Shown here in pieces: positions 17,663 to 26,805 of a stretch of 32,000 bases of DNA. The DNA is from Mycolicibacterium smegmatis (GTDB lineage Bacteria > Actinomycetota > Actinomycetes > Mycobacteriales > Mycobacteriaceae): positions 210,001-242,000 of the forward strand of contig NZ_LN831039.1 in assembly GCF_001457595.1 (NCBI RefSeq). Reading direction: 5' to 3'. Every line of letters begins with the position of its first letter. The first letter of the stretch is position 1. Position numbers and translations under genes: made by a program. The notes beneath the pieces are model-generated. The model ran no database searches. It saw nothing but the letters and a program-made list of their open reading frames with translations, and was not told where the DNA came from.

Positions 17663-18827
17663 CCGACAACCGTAGAACACGGGGAGCCGTGGTCACCGGC
17701 GAAGGCAGCCGAAGCGGCGCGACGCCAGGGGTGATGCTGCCCAACACCGCGGCACGGCGGGCGCCTGTCCCGGAAGGCAACGTGCCGGGCAGGCCATGGA
17801 AAGTGAGGAATCCCAGTACCGCGAATGCCAGGGCTTCCTTGGCATCCGACGGCAGGCCGAGTTGATCGGAGGACCGCAGGGGTACAGACGGCAGTTCTTC
17901 ACCGATCATGTTCATCAACACAGGATTTCGTGTGCCGCCGCCTGAGGCGAACAGCTCGGTGACACCGTGTGCGCGACACGCATCGGCGACCGTGACGGCG
18001 GTGAGCCGGGCGAGTGTGGCCAGCACGTCATCCGCGTTCACCGGTGGCAGCCCATCGAGAGCGCGCAACAGGTAGGGCAGATGGAAGTGTTCCTTGCCGG
18101 TGCTCTTCGGAGCGGGGCGGCGGTAGTAGTCGTCGTCCAGTAGCACCCGTAGCAGTGCCTCGTCGACGTGGCCCGCGCCCGCACGGCGGCCGTCTTGGTC
18201 GTAGGCGGCCGCGCCGCCGGTCAGATGTGCCACCGCGGCATCCATCAGCGCGTTGGCCGGTCCGGTGTCGAACGCCACCGGATCCGAGTCGGTGGCCACA
18301 ACGGTGAGATTCGCGATGCCGCCGAGGTTCAGCGCGGCAGGCGTACCCGGCCGGCCACGCAGCGCAAGGGTGTCCACCATGGCAACCAGCGGTGCGCCCT
18401 GACCGCCTGCCGCGATATCCCTGCTGCGCAGGTCGGAGACGACCGGCAGGCCGGTCGCCTCGGCGATCCACGCGGACTGCCCGAGCTGCAGGGTGCCGCG
18501 CACTTCGCCGTCCTCCACCCAGTGGTACACCGTCTGTCCGTGTGACACGACGAGATCCGCGCTGCCATCACACAGCTCGGACAGGGCACGTCGAGCCGCC
18601 GAGGCGAAGGCCCGGCCGATCATGGTGTCGAGCATGGTGACGGCGTGTGCCGTTGTCGACGCGGGCGGCAAGGTCGCTGCCAGCAACTCACGCAGTTCGG
18701 TCGGATAGGGGATGGACAGCTGGCCCAGCGCCCGCAGCACCAGAGCGTCGTCGTCGACAGTGATGTCGGCGGCGGCAGCATCGATCGCGTCGTGAGACGT
18801 GCCCGACATCAGGCCGATCACCCGCAA
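17655..18827 (-). CDS. anmK: Anhydro-N-acetylmuramic acid kinase
   Basis: VIGLMSGTSHDAIDAA, VVSHGQTVYHW, LQLGQSAWIAEATGLPVVSDLRSRDIAAGGQGAPLV, NLGGIANLTV, FDTGPANALMDA motifs. Confidence 0.93.
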   Translation of the reverse strand: MRVIGLMSGTSHDAIDAAAADITVDDDALVLRALGQLSIPYPTELRELLAATLPPASTTAHAVTMLDTMIGRAFASAARRALSELCDGSADLVVSHGQTVYHWVEDGEVRGTLQLGQSAWIAEATGLPVVSDLRSRDIAAGGQGAPLVAMVDTLALRGRPGTPAALNLGGIANLTVVATDSDPVAFDTGPANALMDAAVAHLTGGAAAYDQDGRRAGAGHVDEALLRVLLDDDYYRRPAPKSTGKEHFHLPYLLRALDGLPPVNADDVLATLARLTAVTVADACRAHGVTELFASGGGTRNPVLMNMIGEELPSVPLRSSDQLGLPSDAKEALAFAVLGFLTFHGLPGTLPSGTGARRAAVLGSITPGVAPLRLPSPVTTAPRVLRLSGE

Positions 18828-18838
18828 TGCGCTGTCCG

Positions 18839-20398
18839 TCAGTTCCGGCCGGCCACGGTGGGGACCGTGGCGGATTCGTCGTCGTGGTCGGGGAGCGCGG
18901 CGACCTCAGGGGGACGGTGGAACCGGCTCATCACCCCACCGACCAGCAGGGTGATGAGGACACCGATCGGCACGAGCCACTGCGCGGCGATCGCCGACGG
19001 CACGGTCTCGCCGCTCGCGGTCACGTCGATCTTCACGTATCGGACGATGTAGGTCATCACGACGACCGTGACGACGAAGGACACCACGGCGTCGAATTGA
19101 TTGGCGCGCCGCACAAGTCGGCCCAAGAGGAACGCTCCGAGCAGCGCACCGTAGGTGTAGCCCGCGATCGCAAGGCCGGTCAGATACACGTTGCCGGTGT
19201 TGGCGCTGAAGCCGCACGCGAACACGGCCATCAACACCGCCCACACCAGGGTCATCAGCCGCCCCAGGCGCAGCAGTGACTGCTCCGACGGGGAACGCGA
19301 GAGAAAGCTGTTGATGAAGTCCGACACCGATGAACTCGACATCGAGTTCAGGGCCGCGGACAGCGAGCCCATGGCGGCGCCCAGGATGCTGGCGACCAGC
19401 AGACCGGACACCACCACCGGTAGCCCGTGCAGGATGAAGTTCGGATACAGATTGTCCGAGCTCGCGAGCCCGAGTTCCTGGAATGTCCTGCCCCCGTTGT
19501 ACGACCACAGCAGCGCGCCGACGAGGGAGAACGCCGCGAACTGGAACGTGATGAACACGCCCGAGGCGATCATGGCCTTCTGGCTGTCGCGCAACGTCCG
19601 CGTGGCCAGGATGCGCTGCACGATCAACTGGTCGGAGCCGTGGCTGGCCATCGCGAAGATCGCACCGCCGATGATCGCCGTCGGGAGTGCGAACGTGCTG
19701 GTGGCGATGTGAGCGAGGGAGAAGTTCGTGTCGAACACGTCGAACTTGCCTGCGTGCAGGGCATCTGCGACACCGGTGCTGCCGACATGGCCCCAGAGCA
19801 CGATGATGGCGAGGATGGCACCGCCCAGGTACAACGTCATCTGGACGGCATCGGTCCAGACGACCGCCTTGATACCGCCCAGGTAGGTGTAGACGACCGT
19901 GATGGCCGTGACGACGACGATGATCGTGCGGTAATCGGCATGCACCCCGAATTCGTCGAGCAGCAGCTTGATCGGGATGGCCGACGCGAACAGGCGGACG
20001 CCTTCGGCGAGCAGTCGGGTGAACACGAACGTGACCGACGCCAGGCCCTGGAGTTTGAGGCCGAATCGGGTGCCCAGGTACTGGTAGGCGCTGACGAAAC
20101 CGCCGCGTTTGTACAGGGGGATCAGCACCACGGCGACCACGACGCGGCCCACGACATAGCCGAGAGCGAGTTCCACGTTGCCGAATCCCTGGCCGCTGTA
20201 GGCGCCACCGGGAACGCTTATGACGGTGAGCACGCTGGTCTCGGTGGCGACCACCGAGAACGACACCGTCCACCACGGCAGCTTGCCCTCACCGACGAAG
20301 TAGTCCTTCGAGGTCTTCTGACGTCCGGACGCCCGCAGTCCGAACCAGGCGATCGCCACCAGATAGACGACGATCACGACGAGGTCGAGTACGCGCAC
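18839..20398 (-). CDS. Sodium:solute symporter (SSS family)
   Basis: SKDYFVGEGKLPWWTVSFSVVATETS..., DQLIVQRILATRTLRDSQKAMIASG, LSAALNSMSSSSVSDF; about 13 TM segments. Confidence 0.93.
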   Translation of the reverse strand: MRVLDLVVIVVYLVAIAWFGLRASGRQKTSKDYFVGEGKLPWWTVSFSVVATETSVLTVISVPGGAYSGQGFGNVELALGYVVGRVVVAVVLIPLYKRGGFVSAYQYLGTRFGLKLQGLASVTFVFTRLLAEGVRLFASAIPIKLLLDEFGVHADYRTIIVVVTAITVVYTYLGGIKAVVWTDAVQMTLYLGGAILAIIVLWGHVGSTGVADALHAGKFDVFDTNFSLAHIATSTFALPTAIIGGAIFAMASHGSDQLIVQRILATRTLRDSQKAMIASGVFITFQFAAFSLVGALLWSYNGGRTFQELGLASSDNLYPNFILHGLPVVVSGLLVASILGAAMGSLSAALNSMSSSSVSDFINSFLSRSPSEQSLLRLGRLMTLVWAVLMAVFACGFSANTGNVYLTGLAIAGYTYGALLGAFLLGRLVRRANQFDAVVSFVVTVVVMTYIVRYVKIDVTASGETVPSAIAAQWLVPIGVLITLLVGGVMSRFHRPPEVAALPDHDDESATVPTVAGRN

Positions 20399-20406
20399 GA
20401 TGGCTC

Positions 20407-21387
20407 CTAGCGAACGGCCGGGTGGGATTGGGTGCTGGTGTGCCGGACACGGGCGATGTGAGCCTCGTGGGGCGTGGTGAGGTCGCGTGACAGAAGGTGT
20501 GCACCGTGCAACGAATCACCCAGCGGAAGATGCAAATTCGTCTGCGGTGACGCGGCGCTCAATGCCGTTCTGAGCGGCCGCAGGAGCGGTTCGCCGAGGT
20601 GGACGAGCCCGCCGGTGATCGCGACAGGAAGTCTGTTCCGGGGATCGATCCGGAGCGTCGTGGTGAGTACCGCGGATGCCAGGGCTGTCGCGGCGTCGGC
20701 CAGGATCCCGGCCGCCACCGGGTCGCCCGACTCGGCCGCGCGTGCCACGTCGGGCGCGAACGAGGCCGACGTTCTCGCTGGATTACCCTGTGCCTCAACG
20801 GTTGCGGGCAGTTGCTGAAGGTCTCCGAATCGAGCGGTGGCCATCGCGAGCAGCTGCGTGGCGGGGCCACGTCCGTCATGGGCATGCAGCGCAGCGCGCA
20901 GTCCGGCGGTTCCGATCCAGGCTCCGCCGCCCTCGTCGCCGAGCCACGGGCCCCAACCGCCCACGCGTGAGAAGGTGCCGTCCGCGCCGACGCCGACGGC
21001 CACGGATCCGGTTCCCACGCTCAACACCACCCCGGGACGTGCGCCGAGGGCCCCGGCGTGAGCGGTGACCGCGTCGCTGGTGACGGCGACCTCGTCGGCG
21101 GGCAGTCCGGCCAGGAGTTCGGCGGCCAGCGCCCGCGCGGCCTCCGGTGCCGTGGCGGCACCTGCTGCGCCGACGAACACCGTTGAAAGTCGCAGCCCGG
21201 CACGATCGTTCAGAAGGGGAGAGACCGCGGCACACACCGCGTCCCGGGCCGCCGTCACCCCTCGCTGGGCGGCGAGACCGGGTGCGCCATGCGCCTCGTG
21301 AGATTGCGACGGCGAATCCGCGTCCTGTGGCCACACGGCTGCACGGCAGCCTGTCTTGCCCAGGTCGACCACGATCGTCGCAGACAT
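20407..21387 (-). CDS. BadF/BadG/BcrA/BcrD-type ATPase family sugar kinase (N-acetylglucosamine/MurNAc kinase-like)
   Basis: VVDLGKTGCRAAVW; VTSDAVTAHAGALGARPGVVLSVGTGSVAVG; GGWGPWLGDEGGGAWIG. Confidence 0.88.
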   Translation of the reverse strand: MSATIVVDLGKTGCRAAVWPQDADSPSQSHEAHGAPGLAAQRGVTAARDAVCAAVSPLLNDRAGLRLSTVFVGAAGAATAPEAARALAAELLAGLPADEVAVTSDAVTAHAGALGARPGVVLSVGTGSVAVGVGADGTFSRVGGWGPWLGDEGGGAWIGTAGLRAALHAHDGRGPATQLLAMATARFGDLQQLPATVEAQGNPARTSASFAPDVARAAESGDPVAAGILADAATALASAVLTTTLRIDPRNRLPVAITGGLVHLGEPLLRPLRTALSAASPQTNLHLPLGDSLHGAHLLSRDLTTPHEAHIARVRHTSTQSHPAVR

Positions 21388-21476
21388 GCCTCGGTCTTCC
21401 CCCTTCCCGACACGGCCGAGCGGTGAAACGCGCTCGCCCTGCGAGTATCGGCAGAGGTCCGGGGTATGTCAATAAA

Positions 21477-21510
21477 TAACTTCTGACAGACACAGATGTA
21501 ACTTTTTGAC
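21477..21510. promoter_or_regulatory. A/T-rich element with two near-identical direct half-sites between the divergent kinase and RpiR genes
   Basis: TAACTTCTGAC (21477-21487) and TAACTTTTTGAC (21499-21510), start-to-start 22 bp. Confidence 0.3.
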
Positions 21511-21568
21511 CTACTTCCGCGCAGGCCGTTATCGTGACCTTCATCCGCCGAACGAGAAGAGGACGGTC

Positions 21569-22471
21569 ATGGCACGTCAGGACGCCACCGCGACCCTCGC
21601 CGACATCCGCGCCGTGCGACCGACACTGGCGCCGTCGGAGCGACGCGTCGCCGACGTGGTTCTCGCCGACCCGGCCCGCGCCTCCGGGTTCTCCATCAGC
21701 GTGCTCGCCGAGCACGCCGAGACATCGGTCGCCACGGTGATGCGCTTCTGCCGCACGGTCGGGCTCACGAGCTACTCCCAACTACGCCTCGCCTTGGCGG
21801 CGGCCGCCGCGCGCGAGCTCGCACGCGGAGACGAGAGCCCCGCGCCCGGTACCGACATCAGTGTCACCGACACGGTGGACGAGATCGTCAAGAAGATCAT
21901 CTACAACGAGATCCGGGTCCTGGAAGACACCGGCGCGGCCCTCGACATCGAGATGCTGCACCGCGCAATCGATGTCGTCTCCGGTGCGCGGCGCATCGAC
22001 ATCTCCGGTGTCGGCGCCAGCGCGTTCGTGGCACAGGATCTCCACCAGAAACTGCACCGCATCGGCCGCATCGCGTTCGTCTGGAGCGACCGTCATTCCG
22101 CAGTCACCGCGGCGGCACTCCTGGGACCCGGCGACGTCGCCTTCGCGGTATCCCATTCGGGCGAGACCGACGACGTCGTCGAATTCCTGGACGCGGCAGC
22201 CGGATGCGGTGCGACGACCATCGCCCTGACCAATTCACCGCGCTCCGCTCTCGCGGAAGCCGCAGACATCGTGCTGACCACGTGTGCCCGTGAAACCCCG
22301 TTCCGGTCAGGGGCCACTGTCAGCCGTATCGCGCAGTTGGCCGTCATCGACTGTCTTTTCGTGGGTGTTGCGCAGCGTTCGTTCGGTGAGACCACGACGG
22401 CGCTCGAGAAGACACACGCTGCCGTACAGCGTCACCGTCGCTCACCACGTCGCACGTCGAACAACGGATGA
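21569..22471 (+). CDS. MurR/RpiR-family transcriptional regulator (HTH + SIS domain)
   Basis: APSERRVADVVLADPARASGFSISVLAEHAETSVATVMRFCRTVGLTSYSQLRLALA; SIS domain RRIDISGVGASAFVAQDLHQKLHRIG...AFAVSHSGETDDVVEFLDAA. Confidence 0.92.
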   Translation: MARQDATATLADIRAVRPTLAPSERRVADVVLADPARASGFSISVLAEHAETSVATVMRFCRTVGLTSYSQLRLALAAAAARELARGDESPAPGTDISVTDTVDEIVKKIIYNEIRVLEDTGAALDIEMLHRAIDVVSGARRIDISGVGASAFVAQDLHQKLHRIGRIAFVWSDRHSAVTAAALLGPGDVAFAVSHSGETDDVVEFLDAAAGCGATTIALTNSPRSALAEAADIVLTTCARETPFRSGATVSRIAQLAVIDCLFVGVAQRSFGETTTALEKTHAAVQRHRRSPRRTSNNG

Positions 22472-22484
22472 ACCAAGGGGTTTC

Positions 22485-23381
22485 ATGGATCTGAGCGCAT
22501 TGGAGACCGAGGGCCGCAACACACGGACCACGGAACTGGACCGACTGACCGTCCCCGAACTGCTGGCGGTCATGAACGACGAGGACCGAACCGTCGCATC
22601 CGCGGTCCGGGCCGCACTCGAGCAGATCGGTGCCGCGGTCGGGTTGATCACCGAATCCCTGCGCCGCGGAGGGCGGCTCATCTACCTCGGCGCAGGCACG
22701 AGTGGCCGCATCGGGCTGCTCGACGCCGTCGAGTGTCCGCCGACGTTCGGCACCACACCCGATCAGGTGGTCGGGCTTCTGTCAGGAGGGCCCGGAGCGT
22801 TCGTCACGGCAGTCGAAGGGGCCGAGGACCAACCGGAACGCGCGGCCGACGATCTCGACGGCATCGGTGTGTCGGCCGACGACACGGTGGTCGGCCTGGC
22901 CGCCAGCGGACGCACGCCCTACGTCGTCGGCGGCTTGCAACACGCACGGGGTGCGGGTGCCGCCACCGTATCGATTGCGTGCAACAGGGACGCTTTGATC
23001 AGCCGATATGCCGACGTGGCGATCGAGGTGCTCACCGGCCCCGAGGTGCTCACGGGTTCGACGCGGCTCAAGGCGGGCACGGCGGAGAAGATGGTGTGCA
23101 ACATGCTCTCGACCGCATCGATGGTGCGTCTCGGCAAGGTCTACGGCAATCTGATGGTCGACGTCCGCGCCACCAACGGCAAGCTGGTCGATCGGGTGCG
23201 GCGGATCGTGGTGGAGTCCACCGGAGCGGAGCCCGAGACCGCCGAGCAGGCTCTCGCCGCCGCCGACGGACATGCCAAGACGGCGATCGTCATGCTCGCG
23301 GCGGGCTGCTCCGCCGACGAGGCCGCACGGCGTATCGAGCGCGCAGGCGGGGACATCCGCACGGCCATCGGCGCAGGCTGA
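22485..23381 (+). CDS. murQ: N-acetylmuramic acid 6-phosphate etherase
   Basis: IYLGAGTSGRIGLLDAVECPPTFGT; GTSG-type SIS; TGSTRLKAGTAEKMVCNMLSTASMVRLGKVYGNLMVDV. Confidence 0.95.
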   Translation: MDLSALETEGRNTRTTELDRLTVPELLAVMNDEDRTVASAVRAALEQIGAAVGLITESLRRGGRLIYLGAGTSGRIGLLDAVECPPTFGTTPDQVVGLLSGGPGAFVTAVEGAEDQPERAADDLDGIGVSADDTVVGLAASGRTPYVVGGLQHARGAGAATVSIACNRDALISRYADVAIEVLTGPEVLTGSTRLKAGTAEKMVCNMLSTASMVRLGKVYGNLMVDVRATNGKLVDRVRRIVVESTGAEPETAEQALAAADGHAKTAIVMLAAGCSADEAARRIERAGGDIRTAIGAG

Positions 23382-24080
23382 TCAGTTGGTCGCCGTGACA
23401 GGCCCGGTGTTGATGCGATCGGCGGCGAACGCCGCGCCCTGATCGGTCAGATCACCGTCGTAGCTGCTGGGATTGTGCACCGCGAAGTTCAATCCGTCGG
23501 AGCACACCGGGTCCTCGGTCGCGCAGTACGTGCGGGTCTTCGTCTCGTAGAGGGGGCCGATCACCACGCGGGGTTCACCGAGGAAGTTCATGGCGCGTTC
23601 GTTCGGCAGCCCGAACAGCACGACCGCGGCGACGTGATCGGCGATGTCGGGTTGCAGCGGTTTGGGCACCGTGGCGGGGTCGACGCCGTCGGGAACGGCG
23701 GCCGAGGTGACGAAGCCCGCGACCGCTGCGCCCTGTGAGTAGCCACCGAGGACCATCTCGGTTTGCGGACATGTCTCGGCCATGGAGATGATGCGCGTAC
23801 TCGCGTCTCTGACACCGTCCACGCCGGTTGCCCACTGATCGGTCGCGGGATAGTTGACCGGGTACACGTCGACCGATCGGTCACCCAACCGTGGGCGCAG
23901 CGCGTCGATGAACGCCTGCCCGGTGGGACCCACACCGGGAGCCTCACCCGTTCCCCGGGCGAAGATCACCTCGACATCAGCGCACGACTCGGGTGCCGCG
24001 AACGCCTGCGGCGCAGTCATCGCTGACAGGGGCGCCGCCACCGAAGCGCAGCAAACCCCCAGAGCTCTAATCCATTTCAC
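23382..24080 (-). CDS. Secreted cutinase-family serine esterase
   Basis: Signal peptide, CADVEVIFARGTGEAPGVGPTGQAF, catalytic GGYSQGAAV, D/H region VCSDGLNFAVHNPSSYD. Confidence 0.93.
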   Translation of the reverse strand: MKWIRALGVCCASVAAPLSAMTAPQAFAAPESCADVEVIFARGTGEAPGVGPTGQAFIDALRPRLGDRSVDVYPVNYPATDQWATGVDGVRDASTRIISMAETCPQTEMVLGGYSQGAAVAGFVTSAAVPDGVDPATVPKPLQPDIADHVAAVVLFGLPNERAMNFLGEPRVVIGPLYETKTRTYCATEDPVCSDGLNFAVHNPSSYDGDLTDQGAAFAADRINTGPVTATN

Positions 24081-24196
24081 GTCGAACGTCCCCCTTCCGC
24101 CTTACCCAAACACACGGACCAGACGTAATACTCCCCGGTTCAACGTCCAGGCGCAGTATTGCGTTCACCACGCTTTCCGGCGGCGCGTCCCGAATG

Positions 24197-24214
24197 CGAC
24201 GGCGGTCGCCGTCG
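24197..24214 (+). promoter_or_regulatory. Perfect GC-rich hairpin in the leader upstream of the FMO gene
   Basis: CGACGGCG-GT-CGCCGTCG followed by TTTC. Confidence 0.35.
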
Positions 24215-24254
24215 TTTCACCGGGTGGTACCGACGCCGAGCTGTGAGGAGAGAC

Positions 24255-25895
24255 ATGACAACATCGTCGGACCGTCGACAGGCGGTCGACGTGGTGGTGA
24301 TCGGCGCGGGGTTCGCCGGCCTCTATGCGCTGCACCGTCTCAAGAGATCCGGTTTGCAGGTGACCTGCTTCGAGGCCGGCGAAGGTGTGGGCGGAGCGTG
24401 GTACTGGAACCGCTACCCCGGTGCCCGTGTCGACTTCGAAAGCATGCAGTACTCGTACTCTTTCGACGACGATCTCCAACAGGACTGGGTGTGGCCGGAA
24501 CTGTTCTCCCCGCAAGAGGATCTGGAGAGATACCTCAATCATGTCGCCGACCGGTTCGGCCTGCGACCGATGATCCAGTTCGGGGCGCGGGTGGATCACA
24601 TCGCCTTCGACGAAGATGTCGAGAAGTGGCGGGTCAGCACCGAAGCCGGTCATCAGGTGACGGCGAAATACGTGGTCGCGGCGTGCGGACCGACGAACGT
24701 GGCGAACGTTCCACCTTTTCCGGGGCTGGACACATTCGAGGGAACGTCGGTGCACACCGCACGGTGGCCCGAAGGCGGCGTCGAATACGCCGGCAAACGC
24801 GTGGGAGTCATCGGCACCGGGGCGTCGGGTGTGCAGGTCATCCCGGAGGTCGCGAAGACCGCTGACCATCTCTATGTGTTCCAGCGGACACCTGTGTACT
24901 CGGTTCCCGCGAACAATCGACCGCTGCAACCAGATCACGAAAGGGACTGGAAAGACAACTACGCAGAGCGCCGCGCGGTGGCGCGACGCAATCCCTACGC
25001 CATGGTTCTACCGGTGCGCCAACACGGATCTGTGCTCGCCCACACCCCCGAGCAGAGAGCAGAGATTCTCGACGCGGCGTGGCAGCAGCGGAGCGGGTTG
25101 GCGTTGATGTTCCTGTTCGACGACGTCCTGACCGACGCCGGCGCGAACGAGGTTCTCGCGGAATGGTTGCGAGGCAAGATCCGTGAGGTGGTCGCCGACC
25201 CCGAGACTGCCGAGATGCTCTGCCCCAAGACCTATCCCGTCGGGACCAAACGCCTCTGCGTCGACAACGGTTACTACGAGACCTTCAACCGCGAGAACGT
25301 GACGCTGGTCGATGTCCGGGATTCACCGATCGTCGCGATCACCCGGGAGGGCGTGCAGACCGAGGCACGGCATCACCCGGTCGATGTCCTCATCCTGGCA
25401 ACCGGTTTCCACGGCCTCACCGGCTCGCTCACCCGGATGAACGTCAACGGGCGCGGCGGTGTGGTTTTGGCGGACAAGTGGAAGGCCGGGCCGGTGAACT
25501 ACCTCGGCATGGTCATCTCGGGATTCCCGAATCTGTTCGTGGTGAACGGTCCGGGAAGTCCCAGCGTCCTGACACAGATGGTCGCGCATTCCGAGTACCA
25601 GGTCGACTGGATATCGGCGCTCATCGAGGACATGGAGCGCCGCGTTATCTCAAGCGTCGACACCACGTCCGACGCCGAGACCCAATGGTGGGAGCAGTTG
25701 ACGGCCGTGGCCGGCCAGACCCTCTTCCCACAGGCCGATTCCTGGTACACCGGCGCCAACATCGAAGGGAAGCCCCGCAACTTCATGCTGTGGGCCGGCG
25801 GTTTCGACACGTACATCGACATCTGTGACGGCGTAGCGGCCGAGGGCTACACGGGCCTGGTTCTCGACGGAAGTTTTCACGGAAAGGCCAACTGA
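24255..25895 (+). CDS. Flavin-containing monooxygenase, Baeyer-Villiger type
   Basis: VIGAGFAGLYAL Rossmann, BVMO fingerprint FEGTSVHTARWP (FxGxxxHxxxWP), VGVIGTGASGVQVIPEV second Rossmann. Confidence 0.92.
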   Translation: MTTSSDRRQAVDVVVIGAGFAGLYALHRLKRSGLQVTCFEAGEGVGGAWYWNRYPGARVDFESMQYSYSFDDDLQQDWVWPELFSPQEDLERYLNHVADRFGLRPMIQFGARVDHIAFDEDVEKWRVSTEAGHQVTAKYVVAACGPTNVANVPPFPGLDTFEGTSVHTARWPEGGVEYAGKRVGVIGTGASGVQVIPEVAKTADHLYVFQRTPVYSVPANNRPLQPDHERDWKDNYAERRAVARRNPYAMVLPVRQHGSVLAHTPEQRAEILDAAWQQRSGLALMFLFDDVLTDAGANEVLAEWLRGKIREVVADPETAEMLCPKTYPVGTKRLCVDNGYYETFNRENVTLVDVRDSPIVAITREGVQTEARHHPVDVLILATGFHGLTGSLTRMNVNGRGGVVLADKWKAGPVNYLGMVISGFPNLFVVNGPGSPSVLTQMVAHSEYQVDWISALIEDMERRVISSVDTTSDAETQWWEQLTAVAGQTLFPQADSWYTGANIEGKPRNFMLWAGGFDTYIDICDGVAAEGYTGLVLDGSFHGKAN

Positions 25896-25899
25896 TCCG

Positions 25900-26796
25900 A
25901 TGAAGTTCGGCATGGCATTGCCGCAGTACGGCCCGGCGCTCGGGAGCGCCAAAGATCTGGCCCGCTTCGCTACACGGCTCGAGGAGCTGGGTTACGACAC
26001 CCTGTGGGCCGCCGAGCGTCTGGTGATGCCGCTGAAGATCCACAGCGATGTGCCTGTCGGTGACGACGACACCTGGGCGAGCTACCTGGACATGATAGGT
26101 GCTTTCGGTGATCCGTTCTCTCTCGTCGCGGCGGCCGCAGCCGTGACCGATCGGATACGCTTCAACTTCGGCACACTGAACGCCCCTCTACACCAACCGA
26201 TTCGGCTCGCGCAGACGCTCACCACGTTGGACGTGCTCAGTGACGGCCGCATCGACGCCGGCTTCGGCCTCAGTTGGGTGCGCGACGAATACGACGTATC
26301 GGGTCTCGACTGGTCGTCGCGGGGACGCCGGCTCGATGACACCCTCGACTTTCTACGTGTCTGGTGGACCGAGAATCCGGTCGAGTACGCGAGCCCGTTC
26401 ATCTCGCTCCCACCCTCACGTGTCGACCTGCGCCCGGCACAGGCAGGTGGCCCGCCGGTGTATCTGGGTGGGTCGAGTAACGCCGCACTCGCCCGGGTTG
26501 GGCGTCGTGCGGCGGGCTGGATCGGATTCGATCAGCTTCCTGACGATGTGATGAAGTCCCTCTGGTCGACCGCGCGGCGCGCAGCCGAAGAGGCCGACCG
26601 GGACCCTGACGCGCTGCGAAAGATCGTCCGCGTCAATGGTGAGCCAGGAGAGTCGTTGTCCCACATCGCCGATCGCCTGGCACGTCAGGTGGATGAGGGC
26701 GCCGACGAGGTCATGGTCGATCTGGTGTTCACCTACAAGACCATCGACGAGCGGCTCGATGCGGCAGAGCGGCTGATGCACCGCAAAACATGGTGA
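25900..26796 (+). CDS. LLM-class (luciferase-like, probably F420-dependent) oxidoreductase
   Basis: ATRLEELGYDTLWAAERL, TDRIRFNFGTLNAPLHQPIRLAQTLTTLDVLSDGRIDAGFGLSWVRDEY; 4-nt gap to the upstream FMO. Confidence 0.9.
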   Translation: MKFGMALPQYGPALGSAKDLARFATRLEELGYDTLWAAERLVMPLKIHSDVPVGDDDTWASYLDMIGAFGDPFSLVAAAAAVTDRIRFNFGTLNAPLHQPIRLAQTLTTLDVLSDGRIDAGFGLSWVRDEYDVSGLDWSSRGRRLDDTLDFLRVWWTENPVEYASPFISLPPSRVDLRPAQAGGPPVYLGGSSNAALARVGRRAAGWIGFDQLPDDVMKSLWSTARRAAEEADRDPDALRKIVRVNGEPGESLSHIADRLARQVDEGADEVMVDLVFTYKTIDERLDAAERLMHRKTW

Positions 26797-26805
26797 CCCG
26801 GTAGT

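Noticed and set aside
18906-20276. 456-aa minus-strand ORF overlapping the SSS symporter gene
   Set aside because: Arg/Pro-rich translation in an alternative frame of a clearly coding high-GC gene; no recognisable domain. Typical GC-rich shadow ORF.
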